Below, one piece after another: positions 25,076 through 32,950 of a DNA stretch of 64,000 nt. A model generated the notes under the pieces. That model saw only the letters and a program-made list of their open reading frames with translations. It did not search any database and was not told the origin of the DNA. Both the position numbers and the translations under genes were made by a program. The DNA comes from Pseudomonadales bacterium. GTDB taxonomy: Bacteria; Pseudomonadota; Gammaproteobacteria; Pseudomonadales; Azotimanducaceae. The first letter of the stretch is position 1. Every line of letters begins with the position of its first letter. Location: contig JAJDVW010000165.1 in the NCBI GenBank assembly GCA_022825925.1, positions 479 through 64,478 of the forward strand. Direction: 5' to 3'.

Positions 25076-25142
25076 GGTCTCGTCAGGCCACGCGCGTGGC
25101 CGTGGGGTAGGCTTGACGCCTGACTCCTCGAGGACACCGCCG

Positions 25143-25451
25143 TTGGACGCCCGCTTTTTCGTCGGCCAGATCGTCGCCCACCACCGGTTCGGTTACCGGG
25201 GCGTCGTGGCGGGCGTGGATCCCTGCTTCTCGCTTACCGAGGAGTGGTACGAGGAGGTCGCGCGCAGCCGGCCCCCGAAGGACCGGCCCTGGTATCACGT
25301 GCTGGTCGACGGGGCGATGCACACCACCTACGTCGCGGAGCGTCACCTCGACGCGAGCGAGGACGTTTCGCAGATCGACCATCCGTTGCTCGGGGCGCAC
25401 TTCGACCGCTTCGACGGGAAGCGTTACCACGCCACGGCGAGGCCGCACTGA
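25143..25451 (+). CDS. hspQ: Heat-shock protein HspQ (YccV-like hemimethylated-DNA-binding domain)
   Basis: A TTG start is preceded by GAGGA. FFVGQIVAHHRFGYRGVVAGVDPCFSLTEEWY...PWYHVLVDG...TYVAERHL matches HspQ over its full length. Confidence 0.8.
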   Translation: MDARFFVGQIVAHHRFGYRGVVAGVDPCFSLTEEWYEEVARSRPPKDRPWYHVLVDGAMHTTYVAERHLDASEDVSQIDHPLLGAHFDRFDGKRYHATARPH

Positions 25452-25572
25452 CACGGGCACAACGCGCGAGGGGGAGGCGCGAGGGGAGGCGCGAGAGGTA
25501 GGCGCGACCCCGGCGGTCGCCCGGCTGCAAGTCGTGTGGGTCGCCGGAGACGGGGAGGGGGCGAGCCCGCCC

Positions 25573-28347
25573 CTACAGTTCCCACCTGATGTCGAAGAGG
25601 ACGGTCGTGCCGACGTCCTGCTCGAGGATCGTCACCCCGTCCTGCTCGATCTCGACGCCCTGGTCGAGGAGGTTCCTGACCCGTGCCTTGAGCGTGAGCC
25701 GTTCGGTGGCGAACCAGCTGTAGACGAAGTCGAGCGAGTGGAACGGCTGCTCGTAGGCGTCGTCGAAGCTCTCGATGCCGGCGAAGAAGATGCGCTCGCC
25801 GAAGCCGTTGTAGACGAGGGTCGCGCCGTGCTTGCCGTCGAACGAGTCGAAGCCGATCTGCAGGTTCACGACCCAGTCGGACTGCTGCGTCATCCGCCGC
25901 GAGGTGTTGGTGATGTTGCCCGCCAGGCCGCCCGCGCGGATGTCCAGTTCAGAATCCGAGAGGGTCACGTTCCCGGCGATGTAGAACTGCTCGATCCACT
26001 CGCCGAGGAAGCCCTGCAGGAACCCGAGGCTCTTCAGGCCCTCGAACTCCGCTCCATGGATCTCGACGGCGTCCGCGTTGACGAAGTTGAAGACGATGTT
26101 GTCCTCCGTCGCCGCGCCCTGGAGCGTTTCGATCGGATCGGTCACGTCCTTGTAGAAGGCCGAGACGGTGAGGCTGTCTCCGTTGTCCCAGAACCACTCG
26201 GCGCGCACGTCGAAGTTGGTCAGCGCCGAGGGCGCCAGGAACGGGTTGCCGCGCACCCGCGCTTCGGTCAGCGGATCGATGTAGGTCGACTGCGAGACCT
26301 CCCGGAGGTCGGGTCGCGCGACCGTCTCCCCCCAACTGAAACGCAACTGGAACTCGTCCGACCAGAACCCCGGCCGGATGTACGTGAGCGCGAGAGACGG
26401 GTAGATGTCGTCCTCGTTGATGGTCGCGTGCGCGATCTCCTCCGCCGAGAACGGGATCCGGTTGCCGCCGAACTCGAGCAGGTCGACCGGCACGGACACC
26501 TGGATGAAGTTCTCCCAGCGGGCGCCGCCGGAGATGCGCCAGGTCTCGTCGATCAGGATGTCGAACTTGCCGTACGTGGCTTCGGTGATCTGGGCCGCGT
26601 AGTAGCTCTCGAGGCCGAAGCCGCCGACGCCGAGCAGCGTGATGAACCCATTCTCCGGGTTCATGAGGTTGGCATCGGAGAACACCTCGCTCGGCGCGCC
26701 CGCGTTGATCGTGTTGAACCCCGGCGCGGTGCTGCCGATGCCCAGGGAGATCTGCTCGTACGAGCGGGCCTTGCGGGCATAGTCGTATCCGCCGGACAGC
26801 TCGACGTCCCAGGCGCCCAGGCGGACGGGCAAGGTGACGTCCGAGCCCCAGGTCTCGACGTCGTCCGCGAGGTCGGAGAAGCGGAAGTCGCCCGCGGTGC
26901 CGGAGGAGCGGACGCTGGTGCCGACCACGTTGCCGTACGGAGCATCCAGGACATCGAGCATGCCCACGCGCACCTCGTTGGGAATGTCCGTGGTCGCCTC
27001 CGCCTCCGAGTAGTACCAGGACACCGTGGTGTCGCGCATGAAGTAGAGCCGCTCGAGGAACGGGAAGACCTCGAGGGTCGCGTCCCCCAGCGTGTGTTCG
27101 CCCCGCACCTGGTTGACGATCAGCTCGCGTTCCTCGAACCGGATGTCGGCGACCCGGCCCTGGGTGGGGTTGTCGTCCGCGCAGTCGTTGAACTGGCCCT
27201 GCTGGCAGGTGAGCGAGAACGAGGCGTCGTCCTCCGTGTTGCGCAGCAGCATGCTCATCGTGCCGATCTCGTGGTCGTCGGTGAAGCGCAGCCCGAGGTT
27301 CGCCGTGCCGGTGATGTTCACCGACTCCACGGTGCGCTGCGTGCGCGAGAAGTCGGTTTCCGGGTTGGCCACGTTGCGGTTGATCCGGTTCCGGTTGCGC
27401 CAGTTGTTGGCGTAGGAGCCGAGGGCCAGGAAGCCGAACTCCCAGTGTTCGCCGAAGAACCACCGGTAGCCGCCGGTGATCTCGCCCTTCACGTCGGGCG
27501 AAAGGTCTTCCGGGCCGATGTCGATGTCCCGGTTGAGCGCCGTCGCGAGCTGCCGGTTGATGGCCTGCGCTTCGGCAAGGGTCGGAGCGCCGCCGGCGCG
27601 GCGCAGCGTGTTGAAGATGTTGACCTCGGAGAAGCTGCCACGGTAGGTCTGGATGGCGTCGCGCAGTTCGCCCGCAAGCGCCCGGGTCCCGTCGTCCTCG
27701 CCCATCCGGTCGTCGTCGCCGCCGCGGTACGACAGGCCGTCGTCGCTGCTGCCGGTGTTCCAGCCGGTGTTGATCTCGACGCTGAAGACGCGGTCCTCCG
27801 GCACCTGCTTGGTGCGGATGTCCACGTTGCCGCCGCCGAACGCCGCCGGCATCTCCGGGGAGAAGCCCTTCTGGACGGCCAGCGCGTCGATGATGTCCGC
27901 GGGGAAGATGTCGAGCGGGAGGACGTTGCGGGTGAGGTCCGGCGAGGGGACCGCCGCGCCGTTCAGCAGCGCGCTCGAATAGCGCTCGCCGAGACCGCGC
28001 ACGTAGACGAACTTGCCCTGCGCGACCGTCAGTCCCGGAACCCGCCGGAGCGCCTGGGCGACATCGCTGTCGCCCACGCGCGAGATGCCCTCGGCGTCGA
28101 GCATGTCGACCGGGACGTCGCTTTCGATCCGCTCCGAGACGATGTCCGTCGCGGCGGCCTTGAACCGGCCAAGGACCACGACCTCCTCGATGGCGTTGGG
28201 GTCGGCCATCTCCACGGCGGGAGCGGACTCCCGTTCCTCCGCGGTTCCGCCCTCGGCCTCCTGCGCCCGTGCTCCGGTGCCGACGAGCGTCGCCAGTGCC
28301 ACCAGCGCGGACAGGGTCTGACGCGTGAGTGCAGTCATGTTCTCCAT
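25573..28347 (-). CDS. TonB-dependent receptor
   Basis: A signal peptide is followed by plug motifs EEVVVLGRF, DAEGISRVGDSDVAQALRRVPGLTV and VYVRGLGERYSSALLNG. A long beta-barrel region follows, and the C-terminus is aromatic (DIRWEL). Confidence 0.9.
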   Translation of the reverse strand: MENMTALTRQTLSALVALATLVGTGARAQEAEGGTAEERESAPAVEMADPNAIEEVVVLGRFKAAATDIVSERIESDVPVDMLDAEGISRVGDSDVAQALRRVPGLTVAQGKFVYVRGLGERYSSALLNGAAVPSPDLTRNVLPLDIFPADIIDALAVQKGFSPEMPAAFGGGNVDIRTKQVPEDRVFSVEINTGWNTGSSDDGLSYRGGDDDRMGEDDGTRALAGELRDAIQTYRGSFSEVNIFNTLRRAGGAPTLAEAQAINRQLATALNRDIDIGPEDLSPDVKGEITGGYRWFFGEHWEFGFLALGSYANNWRNRNRINRNVANPETDFSRTQRTVESVNITGTANLGLRFTDDHEIGTMSMLLRNTEDDASFSLTCQQGQFNDCADDNPTQGRVADIRFEERELIVNQVRGEHTLGDATLEVFPFLERLYFMRDTTVSWYYSEAEATTDIPNEVRVGMLDVLDAPYGNVVGTSVRSSGTAGDFRFSDLADDVETWGSDVTLPVRLGAWDVELSGGYDYARKARSYEQISLGIGSTAPGFNTINAGAPSEVFSDANLMNPENGFITLLGVGGFGLESYYAAQITEATYGKFDILIDETWRISGGARWENFIQVSVPVDLLEFGGNRIPFSAEEIAHATINEDDIYPSLALTYIRPGFWSDEFQLRFSWGETVARPDLREVSQSTYIDPLTEARVRGNPFLAPSALTNFDVRAEWFWDNGDSLTVSAFYKDVTDPIETLQGAATEDNIVFNFVNADAVEIHGAEFEGLKSLGFLQGFLGEWIEQFYIAGNVTLSDSELDIRAGGLAGNITNTSRRMTQQSDWVVNLQIGFDSFDGKHGATLVYNGFGERIFFAGIESFDDAYEQPFHSLDFVYSWFATERLTLKARVRNLLDQGVEIEQDGVTILEQDVGTTVLFDIRWEL

Positions 28348-28418
28348 CTCTCGTTCGTTGTTCGGTACCGTGTGCCTCGCGGCACGGACGAACCGCGTTG
28401 CAGGCGGGCAGTACTCGG

Positions 28419-28483
28419 CCAGTCGAACCGCTCAGTCGAACCACTCAGTCGAACAACTCAGTCGAACCACTCAGTCGAACCAC
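28419..28483. repeat. 13-bp tandem repeat x5 (tcagtcgaaccac) copying the 3' end and stop codon of the lipoprotein gene
   Basis: Copies sit at 28419, 28432, 28445, 28458 and 28471. The last copy encodes W-F-D-stop of the lipoprotein. The other four fill the spacer toward the TonB-receptor start. Confidence 0.85.
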
Positions 28484-30066
28484 AGGGAGTCGAGACCGAC
28501 CGTCCAGTTCGCGGTCCAGTCGTCGTCGGCGGCCACGGCGCCAAGGGTCTCGTCGCTGGTGTCCCCGTCGCCGTCCGTGTCCGCGAGTTCCACGCCGAGC
28601 GGCGCGCCCGTCGCATCGGTCAGCTCCCCGGCCGTATGGAAAGGCTGTCTTCCGCCCAGCAGGGAGAGGTTCGCGCCGTCGCTCTCGGTGACGATCACGT
28701 TGCCGGTGTTGTTCGCGTACCTGGTGGAGTTCGTGATCCACTCGCCGATCGAGTCGCCGTTGCCGAGGCTGTCCTTGGTCGCTTCCTCGCACGCGATGAC
28801 CGTGCCGGAGACCGAGGCTTCGCCGGCCTGCGCCGCGTCGCGGGTGTTGCCGTCGTCGAGTTCGAAGCACTCGTTGCCGCCGCTCGAGAGGACCGTGCGC
28901 GCATAGCCGTCGAAGATGATGCTGTTGCGGAGCTGCGTGCGGGCGCCTTCCCGGTTGACGATCCCTTCCGAGTCGCCGTGGGTGCCCGTGCCCGACGGTA
29001 CTTCGTCGGAACCGGAGTTGATGCAGGTGAGGTTGTTCACGTAGACGTTGGTGACCGGCATGCCCGCGTCCTCCGCGCTGAGGCTGTCGCCCTCGATGCA
29101 GCGGTTGCCGTCGCTCGCGGAGTGGATGACCAGGGCGCGGTCGATGCCGCCCGTCCAGCCCTGGTCGTAGTCGATGGAGTCGTCGCGGACATAGAGCGCC
29201 ACGTAGTTGCTGACCTCCACCGCGCCGCCGAAGAACTCGATGCCGTCGTCGAAGGTGCTGTAGGCCTGCAGGTACTCCACCACCGTGTCCGAGCCGACGG
29301 CGTTGAAGCTCACGCCGTTCAGTTCGTCGCCGGGGGCGGCCTCGAAGCCCGTGTGCTTGACGACCACGTAGCGCAGGGCGCCGGAGCTGTCGGCGTTGTC
29401 GTTCCCTCCGTAGTGCGACGGCTTGCCTTCCGCGAGGACGTTGCACTCGTTGTTCGCGCGCTGGTCGTCGCTGCACTTGTTGGTCATGCCGCGGCCGTTG
29501 ATGACCACCCCGCCCCAGAGCTGCACGTCCTCGGCGCCGGCGGTGCCCGTCACGGCGTCGGTGAAGCCGGTGAAGGTGATCGGCGCGGTGGGCGAGCCGT
29601 TCGCGAAGATCTGCGAACCCCGGGTGACGAGGAGATAGTCGCCGGCGTTCGTCCAGGCAAGGGTGTTGCCCGCCGCGACGGTCAGGGTCGGGCCCTCGCC
29701 CTTGCCCGGAGGCGGCGTGGTGCCGTCGGTGTCCGCACCGACCGCGAGCGTGTCCTCGAAGATGTGCACGCCGGAGATGAACGGGATCGAGAGGTCGACC
29801 ATCAGCGGGTTGTTGATGCCCACGAAGTTGGAGTCGTAGACGCAGTTCTGACCGTCGAAGGTCCCCTCGACGTCGGCGCCGTCCGGGTCCGTGTAGCTCG
29901 CGCACGGATTCGAACTGCCCCCGGAGGTGGTGGTCGTCGTCGAGTTGTCCGTGACCGAAGAGTTGTTGTCGGCGGAGATGTTCACGTCGCCACCGCTGCA
30001 GCCGACCAGCACGGCCAGCGCCAGCGCCAGCGTCCCGACCGACAGAACACCGTCTCGAAGGTTCAT
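28471..30066 (-). CDS. Surface/periplasmic lipoprotein of unknown function, first gene of the TonB-receptor operon
   Basis: GAGGAA lies upstream of the ATG. The lipobox is LAVLVGCSGG, followed by a Ser/Thr/Asn-rich linker, then a Gly/Asp/Asn-rich body with several Cys pairs. It ends ...GLDSLWFD. Confidence 0.75.
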   Translation of the reverse strand: MNLRDGVLSVGTLALALAVLVGCSGGDVNISADNNSSVTDNSTTTTTSGGSSNPCASYTDPDGADVEGTFDGQNCVYDSNFVGINNPLMVDLSIPFISGVHIFEDTLAVGADTDGTTPPPGKGEGPTLTVAAGNTLAWTNAGDYLLVTRGSQIFANGSPTAPITFTGFTDAVTGTAGAEDVQLWGGVVINGRGMTNKCSDDQRANNECNVLAEGKPSHYGGNDNADSSGALRYVVVKHTGFEAAPGDELNGVSFNAVGSDTVVEYLQAYSTFDDGIEFFGGAVEVSNYVALYVRDDSIDYDQGWTGGIDRALVIHSASDGNRCIEGDSLSAEDAGMPVTNVYVNNLTCINSGSDEVPSGTGTHGDSEGIVNREGARTQLRNSIIFDGYARTVLSSGGNECFELDDGNTRDAAQAGEASVSGTVIACEEATKDSLGNGDSIGEWITNSTRYANNTGNVIVTESDGANLSLLGGRQPFHTAGELTDATGAPLGVELADTDGDGDTSDETLGAVAADDDWTANWTVGLDSLWFD

Positions 30067-30178
30067 CGTCTATTCCTCGTCCAAGCCTTGTTCGTACGGA
30101 TGCGAGGGGGGCGCGGCGGCCCGGCTTCCCGGCCGCGTCAGTCCTTCCCCCTTGAGCGCCCGCAAGCTAGCAACGGGC

Positions 30179-30217
30179 CGTGACACAAACGTGAATGCGC
30201 CGTGACGGATTCGTGAC
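30179..30217. promoter_or_regulatory. Four direct CGTGA(C/A) repeats at exact 11-bp spacing (candidate response-regulator binding array)
   Basis: Motif starts are at 30179, 30190, 30201 and 30212. The array lies 113-151 bp upstream of the lipoprotein start codon. Read on the gene strand, it is GTCACG N5 repeated. Confidence 0.35.
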
Positions 30218-30329
30218 CCGGCGGCTACAGATTCATGAACGGGGACGGGCGGAAACGACCGGGAACGGAACGGACGAACCGGGTGGAATGTCGAGAGAGG
30301 AGAGCCGCGTGCGCGCTCCCGGGCGGAGG

Positions 30330-30638
30330 TCAGCCGAGACGCTCCCCGGCCGCCACCGGCGTGAACCGGGGCAGCCAGCCGGTACGACCGCCTTGGGCGA
30401 CGCAGTCCGTCACCGTGGTGTCAAGGCGACCGTCGCGCAGGTACTCCTCGGCCAGCACGTGCTTGCCGTGGTGGAGTCCGCCGAAGCAGGTGTTCGCGGC
30501 CCGGTCGTTCCACACCGCGGAAGGGTGCGGCGTCAGTCCGCCCGGCAGGTCTGGGCCATCCTCGGGGCGGTCCTGGGCCATGGCCGTCCCGGCGAGAAGG
30601 ATCGAGAGCGCCAGGGGGCCGATGAAGCGAGTTCGCAT
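30330..30638 (-). CDS. Small exported protein, unknown function
   Basis: The N-terminal signal peptide is MRTRFIGPLALSILLAGTAMAQD. The composition of the rest is protein-like. Confidence 0.5.
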   Translation of the reverse strand: MRTRFIGPLALSILLAGTAMAQDRPEDGPDLPGGLTPHPSAVWNDRAANTCFGGLHHGKHVLAEEYLRDGRLDTTVTDCVAQGGRTGWLPRFTPVAAGERLG

Positions 30639-30772
30639 GGGCGCGGAGCGTACAGGCCCGCCATGACGCTTTTATGACAGTCCCCGACAAACAGCCCCAT
30701 TTCGCGGGCACGAAAAACCCGGCACCAACTCGGGTTTGGGCCGGGTCTTTCGACATGCGCCGGGAGATGCGA

Positions 30773-31030
30773 TCAGTAGGTCTGCAGGGTGTAGCCCTTC
30801 TCGATCATGCAGTCCATGTAGGTCCGGAAGCTCGGCGAATCCATCGCGTCCTCGCCGAGGGTGACGCCCGCGGACTCGCTGCACCCCGCGTTGTTGCGGT
30901 TGTACTCCGCCGTCGTCACGGCGTCCCCGGACTCCCAGTAGTGGGTGGGCTCGGACGGACTCGTGGCCGCGCATCCACCGGCCAGGGCCAGCACACCCGC
31001 CATTCCAAACGCCATCGTGGTCCTTTTCAT
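30773..31030 (-). CDS. Small lipoprotein, unknown function
   Basis: MKRTTMAFGMAGVLALAGGCAAT is a signal peptide plus lipobox. The C-terminal FRTYMDCMIEKGY is typical of small proteobacterial lipoproteins. Local GC is lower. Confidence 0.55.
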   Translation of the reverse strand: MKRTTMAFGMAGVLALAGGCAATSPSEPTHYWESGDAVTTAEYNRNNAGCSESAGVTLGEDAMDSPSFRTYMDCMIEKGYTLQTY

Positions 31031-31122
31031 GTCCGCCTCCTCGTGACCTTTCTCAACCCCCTAATGCCGTTCGTGGTTTGGGGCGACCGGTCAATTCGGG
31101 CGCTAGGATATTTTGTCCTAAA

Positions 31123-31389
31123 TCAGGCGTCAACCTCTTTAGGACTTTTTTTCCTATTCTTGCCACCGGCGCTCTTGCCACCGGCGCGCTTGTCGCCCTC
31201 CTTCCCGAACTTGTGCCGGAGCGTGTACCAGCTCGCGTAGGGGATCGGGCGGGGGTCCTTCTTGGAGGTCCAGAACCGGACCACGCGGCCGTCCGAGAGG
31301 CGCAGCGCCTTGGCCACGTCCTTGTTCGAGAGTCCCTTCTTGTCCATCCACTCGCGCAGTTCCCTGGCGGTGGGCGGGTACTTCTTCAC
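31123..31389 (-). CDS. Cro/YdaS-like HTH protein with a Lys-rich tail
   Basis: The GTG start overlaps the thpR stop (GTGA). ARELREWMDKKGLSNKDVAKALRLSDGRVVRFW looks like an HTH. The tail is GKEGDKRAGGKSAGGKNRKKSPK. Confidence 0.55.
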   Translation of the reverse strand: MKKYPPTARELREWMDKKGLSNKDVAKALRLSDGRVVRFWTSKKDPRPIPYASWYTLRHKFGKEGDKRAGGKSAGGKNRKKSPKEVDA

Positions 31390-31961
31390 GGGCGTCCGAC
31401 TCGCGGATCCAGACCTCGGCCGATCCTACCGAATGCGCCGCAGCTCAGGAACATTGATCCGCCCCCGGGGGCCCCGGGGCCGATCCGCTCGTAGCGGCCT
31501 GCCACGCTCCGGTACAGGCCGGCCCCGTCCAGCCGGAAGGTGATGTCCACGGCGCGCGGATCCGGCAGGCGGACCGGCCGCCGGCGCGCCCGTCCGAGGG
31601 TGACGTGCGCGCGAAACCGCCGCCCATCGTGACCGCCCGCGGGGAGCGCATCCGCAAGCGCCTCGAGGGCGCCTCCGGAGTCCACGCGCATCGCCACGAC
31701 CCGGGCCCGTCGCGAGTTCGGGAACCCGTCGACGGCGAGGACCCTGCATTCGACGGGGAAACGCGCGTCCAGCGCCTCGGCCGCTTCCCGCCAGAACGCC
31801 GCCGCGCCGCCATCCAGCTCTCCGAGGAAGCGCAGCGTGACGTGGTACTTCTCCGGCGCGACCCAGCGCACGCCGTCCACCGCCGGCCGCGCGGCGATGA
31901 GCGCGTCGCGCGCGGCGGCGGGCAGGAAGGCGGCCACGAAACAGCGCATGGCCGGTAGCAT
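31386..31961 (-). CDS. thpR: RNA 2',3'-cyclic phosphodiesterase / 2'-5' RNA ligase family (ThpR/LigT)
   Basis: Two HxT motifs are present with correct spacing (YHVTLRFLG and AHVTLGRA). Confidence 0.8.
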   Translation of the reverse strand: MLPAMRCFVAAFLPAAARDALIAARPAVDGVRWVAPEKYHVTLRFLGELDGGAAAFWREAAEALDARFPVECRVLAVDGFPNSRRARVVAMRVDSGGALEALADALPAGGHDGRRFRAHVTLGRARRRPVRLPDPRAVDITFRLDGAGLYRSVAGRYERIGPGAPGGGSMFLSCGAFGRIGRGLDPRVGRP

Positions 31962-32011
31962 ACCCGCGCCGGTTAGAATACCGACCGCCCAGGGGAGAAG
32001 CGCAGACGCGG

Positions 32012-32950
32012 ATGGCCAGGGACTCCGTCCTAGCGGATCTCGGTGCGAAGGGCGCGGACGGGGGAGCCGCCCGCGAACTCACCGAGGCAGTTCGCCGCTA
32101 CCGGATCGACGGCGCATCGGTGCGCCTCGCGGACCACGACCCCGGCGGCACGGGCCCGTTCACCGCCCGCGACCGGGGCCTCGCCCGGGCGCTCCTGCGC
32201 GCGCACACCGCCTGGCTGACGGACCGGCAGCGAGCGCTCGCGGCCCAGGGGCAGTGGGCCGTGCTCCTCGTGCTGCAGGGCCGGGACGCCGCCGGCAAGG
32301 ACAGCCTGATCCGCCACGTCATGTCGGGGATGAACCCCCAGGGCTGCGACGTGACCTCGTTCGACGTGCCGAACGCGGAGGAGCTGCGTCACGACTTCCT
32401 CTGGCGCTATCACCGGCACCTGCCCACCCAGGGCAAGGTGGGCGTGTTCAACCGCTCGCACTACGAGGAGGTGCTGGTCGTGCGCGTGCGCCCCGAGCAC
32501 CTCCGCTCGCAGCACCTGCACCCGTCGCTGATCGGCCCCGACGTCTGGGACCGCCGTCTGCTGGACATCGCGGGGTTCGAGGACTACCTGACCCGCAACG
32601 GCACCGCGATCGTGAAGATCTTCCTGAACGTGTCCAAGGAAGAACAGAAGGAACGCTTTCTCCGGCGCCTGCGCGACCCGGCGAAGCACTTCAAGTTCTC
32701 GCCGTCCGACATCCGCGACCGGGAGCACTGGGATGCCTACACCGAGGCGTACGAAGCCGCCCTCGGCGCGACGTCGACGCCGCGCGCGCCGTGGTACGTC
32801 GTGCCGGCCGACCGCAAGTGGTATGCCCGTCTGGCCGTGGCGTCGATCCTGGTGCACGCGATCGCCGAACTCGATCTCGACCGTCCCGCCCCGCTCCTGG
32901 CCGACCCCGAGACGCTGCAGGCGGCCCGCGCGGCGCTCGAGGACGCGTGA
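32012..32950 (+). CDS. ppk2: Polyphosphate kinase 2 (PPK2) family protein
   Basis: The Walker A-like motif is LQGRDAAGKDS. Other motifs: DFLWRYHRHLPTQGKVGVFNRSHYEEVLVVRV and the lid region FSPSDIRDREHWDAY. Confidence 0.9.
   Translation: MARDSVLADLGAKGADGGAARELTEAVRRYRIDGASVRLADHDPGGTGPFTARDRGLARALLRAHTAWLTDRQRALAAQGQWAVLLVLQGRDAAGKDSLIRHVMSGMNPQGCDVTSFDVPNAEELRHDFLWRYHRHLPTQGKVGVFNRSHYEEVLVVRVRPEHLRSQHLHPSLIGPDVWDRRLLDIAGFEDYLTRNGTAIVKIFLNVSKEEQKERFLRRLRDPAKHFKFSPSDIRDREHWDAYTEAYEAALGATSTPRAPWYVVPADRKWYARLAVASILVHAIAELDLDRPAPLLADPETLQAARAALEDA

Noticed and set aside
28419-28483. The possibility that the tandem repeats (here, 37862-37979 and 52976-53050) are CRISPR arrays.
   Set aside because: The units are 13, 47 and 15 bp with no unique spacers of CRISPR size. 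There are no cas genes, and one array is inside a coding sequence.
25534-30183. A 1549-aa plus-strand ORF, the longest in the window.
   Set aside because: It is exactly antisense to the TonB-dependent receptor and its lipoprotein. The translation is a monotonous V/D/E/R/G/A sequence with no domains. The minus-strand genes have a signal peptide, plug and barrel motifs, and a lipobox.
31962-32011. TAGAAT (31974-31979) as the ppk2 -10 element in the thpR/ppk2 divergent spacer.
   Set aside because: It is a plausible hexamer, but there is no convincing -35 element and no way to verify it from sequence alone. It is too weak to list as a feature.
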